IMG/VR virus record: IMGVR_UViG_3300021171_000008
Coordinates: 14,423-78,422 of that record
Strand: one strand, 5' to 3'
Length of the DNA: 64,000 nt
DNA from: a virus
The translations under genes were made by a program, and so were the position numbers. This document shows positions 38,468 to 48,356 of the stretch, piece by piece (position 1 is the first letter of the stretch; each line of letters opens with the position of its first letter). Below the pieces are notes generated by a model. It saw nothing but the letters and a program-made list of their open reading frames with translations, made no database searches and had not been told where the DNA came from.

Positions 38468-38493
38468 AGGGGGCGGCTTCGGCCGCCCCCTTT
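38468..38493. terminator. Hairpin/terminator closing array A (probably bidirectional)
   Basis: AGGGGGCGGC-TTCG-GCCGCCCCCT-TT between the convergent array and recombinase gene. Confidence 0.8.
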
Positions 38494-39144
38494 CTATTTG
38501 TCGACCATCCTCGACACGACCGATCGCGTGAACGGGCGGCCGGACGAGCTGACAAAGCCCTGGTTCGCCAGCGCTGCGCGCACCGCGTTGAGCGATGCGC
38601 CTGCCTGACGCAGCTGCTTTGCGATCTTGGTCATCTTCGGGTCCATTTCGGCCCAGGATTTTCTGCCCTCGCACTTGCCGGTCGTGGCCTTCTTGCGGTC
38701 GCGCGCCGCCTTGAGCTTGGCGACCGTCAATGCCCGGTCGAACTCAGCGACCGCGCCCAGGATCTGCCGGACCAGGGACGCCGTCGGCGTGTCCTCGACG
38801 AAGCTCCCAGGCGAATCGACGGCGACCAACTCGACGCCGAGATCTTGAAGCATCTTCCAGCCGGTTTCCTGCACCATGAGATCGCGGGCGAAGCGGTTGG
38901 CGGTCTCGACGAGGATCGTTCTCACGCCATTCCCGGCGATCCGCTGGAGCATGAGGCCGAAGCCCTCCCGCTGGGTGACCGGATCGGCGCCGGAGACGGC
39001 GGCGTCGTAATATTCGGCGACGATCGAGATATCGTTTCGCTCGGCGAACTGGCGGACGGCCCGCTCTTGGCGGCCGAGGCTGTCCTTGTCGACGCCGACG
39101 TTGGTGGCGGACGAGGTTCGGAAGTAGGCGACGGCTTTTTTCAC
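38494..39144 (-). CDS. Small serine recombinase (resolvase family)
   Basis: AVAYFRTSS catalytic motif, SL.RQ, DAAVSG, R.GF, LVETANRFARD, QILGAVAEFDR. Confidence 0.92.
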   Translation of the reverse strand: MKKAVAYFRTSSATNVGVDKDSLGRQERAVRQFAERNDISIVAEYYDAAVSGADPVTQREGFGLMLQRIAGNGVRTILVETANRFARDLMVQETGWKMLQDLGVELVAVDSPGSFVEDTPTASLVRQILGAVAEFDRALTVAKLKAARDRKKATTGKCEGRKSWAEMDPKMTKIAKQLRQAGASLNAVRAALANQGFVSSSGRPFTRSVVSRMVDK

Positions 39145-39459
39145 TGCTAAACTCCTGTTGGCGACCGAGTCGCCTTTCTCCTGTTGATGACGGGGGCCGC
39201 CGCGAATCCGCAGGCGCGGCGGCCTTTCTCGTTAGCTGGCGGCGGATCACGAGCACCCCAGGTTTAGTCCCCAGGAGCGGCAAGCCGATGCCGTGTCCGC
39301 CTGTTTCTCATATAGCGCATTGCGAGACAGGTTGCAAGTTCTGCAAATCGACGTATCGTGCAAATCAGCGGAGACTCTTGTCCCGCTCGGGCGGTTCGCG
39401 AGCGAAACCCGCCCCCCGGATATCGCGATGGGGCCGCCCGTCCTTTTGGAGGAAACCAA

Positions 39460-42012
39460 GTGAGCGAAACGAAGGAAATTGTTGAACGATTGAACCGTCT
39501 GTTGAAGACGGTCAGCCGGGTGATCGGGCTCGATATCGAGGTCGAGGAATCCGGCGATCACCTGATTTTCATCGACGCGGACGGCGAGCCGATCACGAAT
39601 GACGGCGAAGAAATTATCGCCGCGACGCCGCAAGAGCTTGAGGCGAAGACGTTCCTCGTCGACTTCCCGGTTCGGGCGTTCCGGGCGGGCATGATGGCCA
39701 AGTATCAGGACATCTCCAGGGCGAGGTCAGAGCCATGAGCGTCTTTCTGGACGAGCTGGACGAGCTGATCGAGTCGACGATCGAGGATGGCTCCATGACG
39801 AAGGACGCGATCATCGCCGATCTGGAGCTGAAGGTGGCGATGCTCAAGGAGGAGAAGGGCGACTCATGATCGAGATCGGACGACGCGGATTCATCACTGG
39901 GCTTGCCGCTCTCGTCGCCGCTCCGGCGATCATTCGCGTCGCGCCGCTCATGCCGATCTCGACGCGGCTCACCCCGCTCTATGTGCCGATCGATTGGCTC
40001 GCGGATGCGATCATCGACATGGGGAATCGGGTTGAGAGGACCGGGTTGGGGAAGCTTGAGAGGATCGAGTTGGAGAGGCTTGAGAGGATCGAGTTGGAGA
40101 AGCATGCGTGGTCGAGGCCGCTGGCGGACAACTGGATCAATCTCCGCGATTACGATCCTGACTTCGTCCGGCAATGGACCGGCAATGGCGAACTCACGAG
40201 TCCGGAGTACTGGCTGTCATGAGCGACGACTTAAATGGCGTGCCGGACAATCAACTCTTGAATCGCGCCGCGCGACTCAACGCCGAGTTACGTCGAGGGC
40301 GTAGACTGGTGAAAGAGGGTGAGGGGATCATCAGGGCAACCATTGGGGAATTTGTCGCCCATCAGAACGAACTCCAGTCTCGGGCGTCCCAACGCCTCGA
40401 ACAAGAGACAGACAGGTTGGAGACGGTATGAGCGAGCATCAGCTCCGCCAGCAGGCTAAGATCCGCAGCGCTTTCGAGGTGCGGCCCATCCTCGACAGGA
40501 TCGCGGGCAAGATCGGCGAGTTCCACGGCGTCGTGCTCGGCGTCGGTCATACGCCCGAGGGGCTGTTCTTCATCAACCAGCTCGGCGAGATCGTGCGCGA
40601 CGGCCCGGTGCACCTGATCGCTTGCAGCGAAGAGGAGATCGGGAGCGGCGAATTTTTGAAATTTTTCACGCCGAGATGCTTCTATGCCGCGCTGTGCGAG
40701 GCCTTCGCCCAGGACTATGTCCGGAGGCAGATGGGCGGCATCAATTGACCTTCACGAATCGAGAGCTGGAAAAGTGCGCGGCGCGCGAAGTGGCGATGCG
40801 CAAGAACGTGTTCGGCAAACGGGGCATCGGCCCGAAAGAGGAGCGCGAGATCGCCCTGATGGAGGCAATCGCCGCGCATTTCAAAAAGCTTGCCGACCAA
40901 GCGCTGGCCGACCAAGCGCTGGCCGGACCGACGGGCGACTTCCCGCACGGCAAGCTCAGCCCTGATGATGAGGGCGGAATCAACGTCGCGCTCAGCCACT
41001 TTAACGCTCCGGACGGCACTCGCATGGTGCGGCTAGACTACGGCAAAGAGGTCGCGTGGCTGGCGTTGCAGCGCGAGGAAGCGGTTGCGTTTGCGTCTCT
41101 CATCCTGCGACATGCCGGAGTGGGAATCGAGATCGGAGCCATGGGCGATGCCGGCGATCCTAGAGAAGGCGGTCAAAGCCATTAAGAAATCGAGCCCTGG
41201 CGTGAACCCGTGGGCTGTGGCGACGAGTACGCTGCAAAAGGCGGGCGAGCTGAAGAAGGGCACGAATCAGCCGACTAAGCTTGGCGTGAAGCGCGGCAAG
41301 ATGTCGCGCGCAGAGCGGCACGCGAAGCCGCTCGCGATCGGCGGCGCGGCGAAGGCGCCCTCACTCGGGAGAACTGGGCGCCATGGCTGACGAGATCGAA
41401 CCGACTCAGCCGCCGCCGCCCAAGGCTGCTCCGGCAGTGGACGAAGGGCTTTCCGCCTGGGCGAATCTAGTCCGCGACCATCTTACGGCGCAGAGCGGCG
41501 TCGAGATCGTTGGAAAGGACGGTGGATCGGTCCATTTCAAGTTTCGCGGCCAGGAGTTCTCGATGTACATCCAGCGGGTCCGCTAGCCTGCCTCTTGACG
41601 AGTCGCCCAGTCGCTGCGCGAAATCCTCGCCCGCAAGTAGGCGAGGAACCCCATGGCCCAATCTCCCCAACGTCCGGCGTCGCCCAGTCGGTCCGCGCCG
41701 CCCACCCGAGAACCGCCCCCGCGCCATCCCGCGCAGCCGCCGGCCGCCCGTCCTGGCGTTGCCCAGCGCGATCAGCAGCCCCAGCCGGAACCAGAGCCAG
41801 AGAAGGAAGAGAGAGCTGTCAATCCGGCCGAGGCCGGTGCGCTCTTCCGCGCTGGTCACCGCCTCAAGAGACGGGGCGATCCACCGGACAAATGGTTCGC
41901 GGCGTTCCGACTGCACAACACTCTGGTGATCTGCTACCCGATCGATGACGAGATCGAGAAGCAAGTGCTGGATCAGGATCTGGTCCTTGCGGACGAACCG
42001 CCTACCCAGTGA
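39460..42012 (+). CDS. Cluster of small hypothetical genes (39460-39738, 39866-40222, 40219-40431, 40428-40748, 40745-41185, 41148-41390, 41383-41586, 41653-42012)
   Basis: Coupled ORFs; 39866 has a Tat-like RRGFITGL signal. Confidence 0.55.
40030..40101 (+). repeat. 24-bp tandem repeat x3 (in-frame LERIELER)
   Basis: G(G/C)TTGAGAGGA(C/T)CG(G/A)GTTGG(G/A)GA(A/G) repeated three times. Confidence 0.85.
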
Positions 42013-42029
42013 CGTGACGGAGGTCCGCT

Positions 42030-44786
42030 GTGGCTGGACTCGGTGGACTTGGCGCAATCAGGCTGCCTCCGAGTCCGATCGACGGCAGTCTCGATGACCC
42101 GGACGACTTAGCGACTCGGTTCGCGCCGAAGGACATCGACCTCGACGCGGACGACGGCGATATCGACTACGACAAGGCGACCAAGATTGAGACCGAAGAC
42201 GGCGGCGTTGTCGTTTTTGTCGGTCCCAGGCGCATCGCGAAAGAGGATACGGAGTTCGGCGACAACCTCGCCGAATCGCTCCCCGAGACCCAGCTCAACT
42301 CGATCGCCGACGAGCTGATCCGGCTCATCGAACAGGACAACGAATCCCGCCGCGAGTGGCTCGACACGCGCGCTCGCGGCATGGAGCTAATGGGGCTGCG
42401 CATCGAGGCCATGCGCTCGAACGGCAGTGATGGCAGTGCGCCGCTGGAGGGCCAGTCGCAGATCCGGGCGACGCTACTGGCGGAAGCGGTAATCCGATTC
42501 GGCGCCAACGCCTTCGCCGAGTTGTGCCCCAGCGATGGGCCAGCCAAAGTCTCCGAAGACACATCGGGCTCGACTGAAGATCTCGACGTGCTTTCCAGTG
42601 CGTTGGAGCACGATCTCAATCACTACTTGACCACCACCGACAAGGTTTGGGTTCCCGACACGGACCAGATGCTCCTCAGAGTGGGTCTCGATGGGTGTGT
42701 CTTCAAGAAAATATACCATGACCCGATCCTTAGAAGGCCGGTAAGTCGTGCGGTATTCGGCGATGATCTGATCGTCAACAATTCCTCTACTTCGATCTAT
42801 GACGCGGGCCGAATCACCCACCGGGTTTTCATGCGGCCCAGCATGATACGTCGGATGCAGCTCTGCGGAGCTTATCGCGACTGCGATCTGAGCGAACCTG
42901 GGTACATCGAGAAGACGCCGACCGAGATGCAATCGGAGCAGATCTCAGGCATCCGCAAATATGATTCCTGGGAACAGGACGATCGTGATCATGAGATCCT
43001 CGAAACCTATTGTGAACTCGATCTGGAGGGGTTCGAGCACGAGACCGACGGCGAGCCGGATGGCTTGGCGGTCCCCTACAAAGTGGCGATCCACAAGGAG
43101 ACAAGAACAATCCTCGATATGCGGAGGAATTGGAACGAAGACGACGAGATGTGTTTGCCGAAAACGTATTTCGTACAGTTTCCGTTCATCCGTGGCTTCG
43201 GATTTTATGCTATTGGCCTCTCGCATCTACTTGGCAATATTACGAACGGCATCACGGCTGCTTGGCGAGAGATCGTCGACGCCGGCATGTTCGCCAACTT
43301 TCCTGGCCTTCTAGTTGCAAAAGGCGCGGCTAGACAGAATAACAACATATTCAGGATTCCGCCAGGGGGCTCGGCTGAAGTCGAGACTGGGGGTTTGCCC
43401 ATCCAACAAGTTGCGATGGGCATGCCGTACAAATCCCCGGACGCGGTCTGGACGAGCTTCGTCCAGCAGCTCAACCAAGAGGGCAAGAGCCTCGGCGGCA
43501 CGGCTGAGATCATGGTCGGCGAGGGCCGCCAGGACGCGCCGGTTGGCACCACGCTGGCGTTGATCGAACAGGCGATTAAACCGCTCATGGCGACGCACAA
43601 GCGGTTGTGCGCGGCCCAGTCCGACGAGCTTCAGCTCCTGTGCGAGCGCTTCAAGGAGGACCCCGAGGCGTTTTGGCGCGCGAACAAGCGGATGGCCTGG
43701 GATTGGGACTCGCAAGTCTTCCTCCTGGCGCTCGAACGGAGCGAAATTGTCACCCGCGCGGACCCGAATACGGCCTCGCACCTCCAGAGGATGCTGCGCA
43801 ACGCGGCCCTCTATCAGATGGCGAAGGACGAACCGGGCGCCTTCAACGTCACCGTGATCCGCCGCATGTGCATTCGCGGCATCGGCTTCTCGAACCCGGA
43901 CCAGTTCATCAATCCGATGCCGCAAGGGCCGCCGCCGGACCCGAAAGCGCAGGCTGCGATGCTGACGGGCCAAGCGGCGATGCTCGACGCGAACACGCGA
44001 GCCGGCCAGCTCCAGTTCGACAAGCAGAACGCGCCGCTTGAGGCGCAGCGGCAACAGGTCGAGAGCCAGACCAAGATCGAGACGTCGAAGATGGCGCTGC
44101 AAAAGCAGCAGCTCGCGACCAAGACCGCTGGTTTCCAGGCTCAGAATGAGGCCCGCAAGCCGCAAATGGAGCAAGCGAAGCAGGTTCACGAGAGCCAGGA
44201 GGCTCAAGCCGATCGCGCGCACGACACGGCGAAGCAATTGCGCGATCAGGCGCACGAAATGAACCTGGAGAGGGGCGGCTGGGCGCACGAAGACCAGCTC
44301 CACGCGCGCGATCAGCAGCATGAGACCCAGATGGGCGTCCGCGATCAGATGCACGAGCGGGTGATGGGCGCGCAACAGCAGCAATTCGAGGCTCATCAGG
44401 GCGCGCAGGACCGCCAAATGGACGCCGCGAACGCGCAGCAGGACCGCGTGCACGAAGATCGGATGGGTCAGCGCGAGCAAGCGGTCGAATCGCAGCGCGA
44501 AGAGCGCGGCATGCAGCATGAAGAGCACATGAGCGAGCGCTCGCAGCAGCATGAGCGCGTCATGGGCCAGCAACAGGCTCGTGCAAAGATCCAAGAGGTG
44601 AAAGCGCGGCCTCAACCGCAGCGATCGAGCAGCTCGGGCTCAGATCGGCAGAAACGGGCGAGCGGCGGCTCGGTCCATCATCAGATTGACACGCCCTACG
44701 GCATGGCGCGGCGGGCTCCTGACGGTGAATTTTACGTCCAGCATCCTCACACCGGGCAATATTTCAGGATTCGGAGGCGAGCATGA
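42030..44786 (+). CDS. Portal protein with a long Gln/His/Glu-rich C-terminal extension
   Basis: D..SR.EW, GCVFKKIYHDP, FVQFPFIRGFGFY.IGL and APVGTTLALIEQ motifs of podovirus portals. Confidence 0.85.
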   Translation: MAGLGGLGAIRLPPSPIDGSLDDPDDLATRFAPKDIDLDADDGDIDYDKATKIETEDGGVVVFVGPRRIAKEDTEFGDNLAESLPETQLNSIADELIRLIEQDNESRREWLDTRARGMELMGLRIEAMRSNGSDGSAPLEGQSQIRATLLAEAVIRFGANAFAELCPSDGPAKVSEDTSGSTEDLDVLSSALEHDLNHYLTTTDKVWVPDTDQMLLRVGLDGCVFKKIYHDPILRRPVSRAVFGDDLIVNNSSTSIYDAGRITHRVFMRPSMIRRMQLCGAYRDCDLSEPGYIEKTPTEMQSEQISGIRKYDSWEQDDRDHEILETYCELDLEGFEHETDGEPDGLAVPYKVAIHKETRTILDMRRNWNEDDEMCLPKTYFVQFPFIRGFGFYAIGLSHLLGNITNGITAAWREIVDAGMFANFPGLLVAKGAARQNNNIFRIPPGGSAEVETGGLPIQQVAMGMPYKSPDAVWTSFVQQLNQEGKSLGGTAEIMVGEGRQDAPVGTTLALIEQAIKPLMATHKRLCAAQSDELQLLCERFKEDPEAFWRANKRMAWDWDSQVFLLALERSEIVTRADPNTASHLQRMLRNAALYQMAKDEPGAFNVTVIRRMCIRGIGFSNPDQFINPMPQGPPPDPKAQAAMLTGQAAMLDANTRAGQLQFDKQNAPLEAQRQQVESQTKIETSKMALQKQQLATKTAGFQAQNEARKPQMEQAKQVHESQEAQADRAHDTAKQLRDQAHEMNLERGGWAHEDQLHARDQQHETQMGVRDQMHERVMGAQQQQFEAHQGAQDRQMDAANAQQDRVHEDRMGQREQAVESQREERGMQHEEHMSERSQQHERVMGQQQARAKIQEVKARPQPQRSSSSGSDRQKRASGGSVHHQIDTPYGMARRAPDGEFYVQHPHTGQYFRIRRRA

Positions 44787-45058
44787 GCCAAGCACTCGAT
44801 CCCCAGGAAGCGGCCACCCTGTTTTACTCGGGCTCGGTGATGGCTTTTGTTGGCGCGCCCACAGAGAGCTTCGTTTGCGGTCAATGGCAGGGCCAGCGCG
44901 CCATGGTCTTCCCGATTCCGTTCGATGACCCGGTCGCCTACTTCACCGCTCACCCAGTTATGCTTTTCAACCCGGACGCGCCTGGAATGACGGCGACGAT
45001 CACGGTCGGAACTCCCTACACGCCGGCTCACAAGGAGAGGAAACATGGTCGAACTTAA
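44783..45058 (+). CDS. Hypothetical protein
   Basis: Coupled to the portal gene. Confidence 0.5.
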   Translation: MSQALDPQEAATLFYSGSVMAFVGAPTESFVCGQWQGQRAMVFPIPFDDPVAYFTAHPVMLFNPDAPGMTATITVGTPYTPAHKERKHGRT

Positions 45059-45485
45059 CACTGGACAATCTGTCGATCTGACCGTCGCCTACACCGATGC
45101 TCAGGGCGCACCCGCCCACCCGCCTGGGCCGGTCAATTGGACCTCGTCTTCCCCCTCGATCGCGACCGTCTCGGCCGGGGACGATGACACCCAGGCGACC
45201 GTGGTTTCGGTTGCCGATGGACCCGCGACCATCACCGCCGAGTCGAACGGGATCACTTGCGCCATCGATCTGATGGTTGGCGGAGGCGAGGCCGGGGCGA
45301 GTGAGGGGGAAATCACGGCCGGCGAGCCCTACGACACGACGGGGACGCCGGTACAGCCTCTGCCGGATCAGCCGCCCCCAGGCCCTGGTTGGCTACCGGG
45401 TCAGCGGCCAGGGGTGCAGCGGCCGGGTCAGCCGGCCCCGCGACCGGGTCAGCCGGTGGTGCGGACAACGACGATTCGCAGGTAA
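45045..45485 (+). CDS. Ig-like (Big_2-type) domain protein
   Basis: VNWTSSSPSIATVS...G.ATITA motif. Confidence 0.7.
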   Translation: MVELNTGQSVDLTVAYTDAQGAPAHPPGPVNWTSSSPSIATVSAGDDDTQATVVSVADGPATITAESNGITCAIDLMVGGGEAGASEGEITAGEPYDTTGTPVQPLPDQPPPGPGWLPGQRPGVQRPGQPAPRPGQPVVRTTTIRR

Positions 45486-47810
45486 ATGGTCGACGATCTC
45501 GGCGACTATGATGTCACCCCTGTCGAGGGAAACCCCTTCGGCTCGATGGCGTCGTCGCCGAACGACTACGACGTCTCGCCGGTCGATCACGATCCTTTCG
45601 CTGGCGCTGGCGAAAACCCGGCGCCAGACCAATTTGAGCTAGCCTCGCGGCAGCCCGAGGCCACGCCGTCGAGCGCAGGCAGGCCACCGCTCGATCCTGG
45701 CGATCGCGATCTCCTCATCAAAACGGTTTTCGGCGAGGCGAGCGGCGAGCCGCCGCTTGGTCAGGCTGGCATCGCCCACGCCATCCTGAACCGGGTCCGC
45801 GCTGGCGACTATGGCTCGGGGATCGCGGGCGTCGTGAAGGCTCCGGCTGCCGGCTTGAACCCGCGCCTTGGCTACCATGAGTTTTCGCCCTGGAACACGG
45901 GGCGCGCCACCGAGGGCAATCCCACCGCGCAGCACCTCTCGCCAGACAATCCGAATCCGGTTCTGGCCAGGGCCTACCGCAACATCGGCGACGTCGTCGA
46001 CAAGGCCTATTCGGGTCTCATACCCGATCCGACCGGCGGCGCGACCCACTATTACGGGCGTATGCGCGGTCACCCGTCTTGGTCGCCGCCGCTCGCCGCG
46101 CAGAATCAGGTCCGGATCGGGGGCACGACGTTCGTCGGCCGCGAGCACGGCCCAGGCGAAATAGCGAGCCAGACGGCCAGCGGCTACGCTGGCGGCGGTC
46201 CAGTGCAGCTCAACGCAGACTTGCGGCGCCGCCTCTCGATGATCACGCGGCCTCGCTTCGCCGAGGGCGGCGCGCCGGACGATGATCCACTGGGCTCCAG
46301 TGTCACCATGGCGTCTGACCAAACCGCCGACGCGCCCATTGCCTACACGCCTGAAGACATCGACCAACCGGGGCCGATGACGGAAACGCTGGCCCATTAC
46401 GCAGGGAACCCGGCGCACGCGATGCCGATGCGGGTCGGCGCCGCGATCGGCGAGGAGGCCAAGCGCATGGGGCAGGGGCTCTGGAGCGCGGCCACGGTCC
46501 CTGGCGACGTCGCTACCGGCAAAGCCTCGATGGCGGACCCGGAAACACAGCAGCGGGTCACGAGCCTCGCCGCGTCGTTGCCAGGAGGGGGGCCGGAGGC
46601 GGCGCTCGGCGCGCGCGGGCCGGTTGGCGCGGCGGCCAAGGCGGTCAAGGGCGCTCCGGCGACGCGCGAGCTTAATGTCTGGAATCCGACGACCGGCCTG
46701 TGGGAGGGCCCGAAGCCGACGCTGAACCCGCCGGAGGGCGTGCATTACGATCCGATGTTCAATTTCGATCCGGCTTTGATGAACAAGGTGCCGGACGTGC
46801 CGCAGTTTGAATTGCAGCGCTATGACCCGCCGCGTGGCGTCTCGGACCGCATGCGCGATCTGGTGACCAACTCGGACGTCCGCGCTCAGATGATCGGCAT
46901 CGTCCGCAACGGCATGCAAACGGTGGGGCTGAGCTGGTACAATACCGGCCAGCTTCGCGCGATGTTCTTAAAGGAGCTTGGCGACGACGCCGGCCAGCAG
47001 GCGTTCGAGAAGTATATGAACCTCGTGTCGGCCACGAGCCCCGAGAATAAAATCCCGCAGAACATCCGGACTGCCAGCTATTTCTATGAGCGCGACGCCG
47101 CAGGCGTGCCGCCGCCGGAAAGAGGGGACCCGATCGCGCAGCCTTACGGCTCGAAAGCGCAGAAGCTGCATCAGCAAAACGTGGGCAACGTCCTGACCGA
47201 GGGCTACGACGTCCTCAAGAACCCGAAGCCGCCGTCCTTCGTTCAGAATTTGATGGGCAATTACGCCCCCGGCACGATGGACCGGCACGCCTTCAAGTTG
47301 CCAGCGATTCTCTCGCGTGATCCGCGTTTCTTGGAGACGTCGTTCACGCCGGAAAAGGGCGTGGAGCCGGTGCGCCCACAACGGATGTTCCAAAACGGTG
47401 AACTGTCGATAGACGACGCCGTCAATCAGCCGACGATGTGGGCTGGCATGCCGAACAAGAACGAGTATGCCGCGCTTGAGGGCTGGTACAAGTCGATCGG
47501 CGACGAGCTGGGGATCACGCCTGCCCAGGTGCAGGCGTCGGCCTGGGTTGGCGGGGGACATATCACGGGTCTGGCCTCGGCCGCCGACGAGACCTTCCTG
47601 CATTCCTTCCAGGGACGGGTGTTCAATACCGCTCACCACACCGGCCAAACGCCCTCAGAGGTGGTCAAGCGGATGATCAGGGGCGAGCAGCCTTTGCTTT
47701 CCGGCGGGCCGGGGATGGCTCCGACAGCAGCTCAAACTTCGACGGCTGGGGCGGGAGGTTCGCCTCCGCCACCATCTGATCAAGCAGAGCCCGGACATCC
47801 GTTTTATTGA
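45486..47810 (+). CDS. Virion protein: SleB/Hydrolase_2 cell-wall hydrolase fused to a second C-terminal enzymatic-looking domain
   Basis: TVFGEASGE...Q..IA..ILNRV, EFSPWN and DPTGGATHYY motifs; C-terminal WY..SATSP..N...K...F..NL...TMDRH...QVQA..W. Confidence 0.75.
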   Translation: MVDDLGDYDVTPVEGNPFGSMASSPNDYDVSPVDHDPFAGAGENPAPDQFELASRQPEATPSSAGRPPLDPGDRDLLIKTVFGEASGEPPLGQAGIAHAILNRVRAGDYGSGIAGVVKAPAAGLNPRLGYHEFSPWNTGRATEGNPTAQHLSPDNPNPVLARAYRNIGDVVDKAYSGLIPDPTGGATHYYGRMRGHPSWSPPLAAQNQVRIGGTTFVGREHGPGEIASQTASGYAGGGPVQLNADLRRRLSMITRPRFAEGGAPDDDPLGSSVTMASDQTADAPIAYTPEDIDQPGPMTETLAHYAGNPAHAMPMRVGAAIGEEAKRMGQGLWSAATVPGDVATGKASMADPETQQRVTSLAASLPGGGPEAALGARGPVGAAAKAVKGAPATRELNVWNPTTGLWEGPKPTLNPPEGVHYDPMFNFDPALMNKVPDVPQFELQRYDPPRGVSDRMRDLVTNSDVRAQMIGIVRNGMQTVGLSWYNTGQLRAMFLKELGDDAGQQAFEKYMNLVSATSPENKIPQNIRTASYFYERDAAGVPPPERGDPIAQPYGSKAQKLHQQNVGNVLTEGYDVLKNPKPPSFVQNLMGNYAPGTMDRHAFKLPAILSRDPRFLETSFTPEKGVEPVRPQRMFQNGELSIDDAVNQPTMWAGMPNKNEYAALEGWYKSIGDELGITPAQVQASAWVGGGHITGLASAADETFLHSFQGRVFNTAHHTGQTPSEVVKRMIRGEQPLLSGGPGMAPTAAQTSTAGAGGSPPPPSDQAEPGHPFY

Positions 47811-48030
47811 GAAGCTCGTTGAGCGGCAGCCGCTCAAGCACGGTTCCGCCGTCCTCGCCGAAGACTTCCAGCTCCCAGCGGCCACCTAAGCTGCCGTGCT
47901 CCCGCCAGAGCGGCCAAGCTTTGTAAGCGCTCATCGTCGACTCTCTTTAAGCGCCGGGGCCTTCAGCGGCCTAGTCCCCGGCAGTCCGTTCTCACCCGCT
48001 AGCTTAGGCGTCCGCGAACCTGTATCCCTA

Positions 48031-48213
48031 CTATTTCCGCGCCGTTGGGTCTTTCGGCAACGCGGCGATCAAGCGTTGGTGGCGCTCATATTCGGCGAGG
48101 CCGACGGCGAGGTCGGGGTGCTTTCCGGCATGGATGCTTTGCATCTTGGAGGCAAACCGAACCGGGCCATTGGTCTTGCCATGTTTGTCGATGTCCTGCG
48201 TAAGCGTGCTCAT
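48031..48213 (-). CDS. 60-aa hypothetical protein downstream of guide B
   Basis: GGAGAGTCGAATG start. Confidence 0.5.
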   Translation of the reverse strand: MSTLTQDIDKHGKTNGPVRFASKMQSIHAGKHPDLAVGLAEYERHQRLIAALPKDPTARK

Positions 48214-48236
48214 TCGACTCTCCTATTTGCATGACT

Positions 48237-48356
48237 GGGGCGGGACCCACGGCCCCGCCCCCTGCCTGCCTCGCCGCGCCTTGCCTTGCGCCGCCCTGCC
48301 ACGCCTCGCCAAGCCTTGCCTTGACAGGCCTTGCCTCGCCTCGGTGCATTTGCACC
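48237..48356 (-). ncRNA. Stand-alone GGY-NN guide B (14 pentamers at 48271-48340) with 5' and 3' hairpins
   Basis: Minus strand: GGTGCAAATGCACC-GA-[GGCGA GGCAA GGCCT GTCAA GGCAA GGCTT GGCGA GGCGT GGCAG GGCGG CGCAA GGCAA GGCGC GGCGA]-GGCA GGCA-G-GGGGCGGGGCCGTGGGTCCCGCCCC. Confidence 0.85.

Noticed and set aside
38723-38755. Guide A3 partial antisense match to the recombinase (F..ALTV)
   Set aside because: Only 5 of 11 dinucleotides match, and the polarity is opposite to the three good matches.
38494-39144. Serine recombinase as an IS607 transposase or a large serine integrase
   Set aside because: No N-terminal MerR-like HTH, no tnpB, too short for a large integrase, and no att or inverted-repeat ends recognised.
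40902-40931. 15-bp duplication GCCGACCAAGCGCTG
   Set aside because: A simple in-frame slippage duplication (ADQAL x2) with no further structure.
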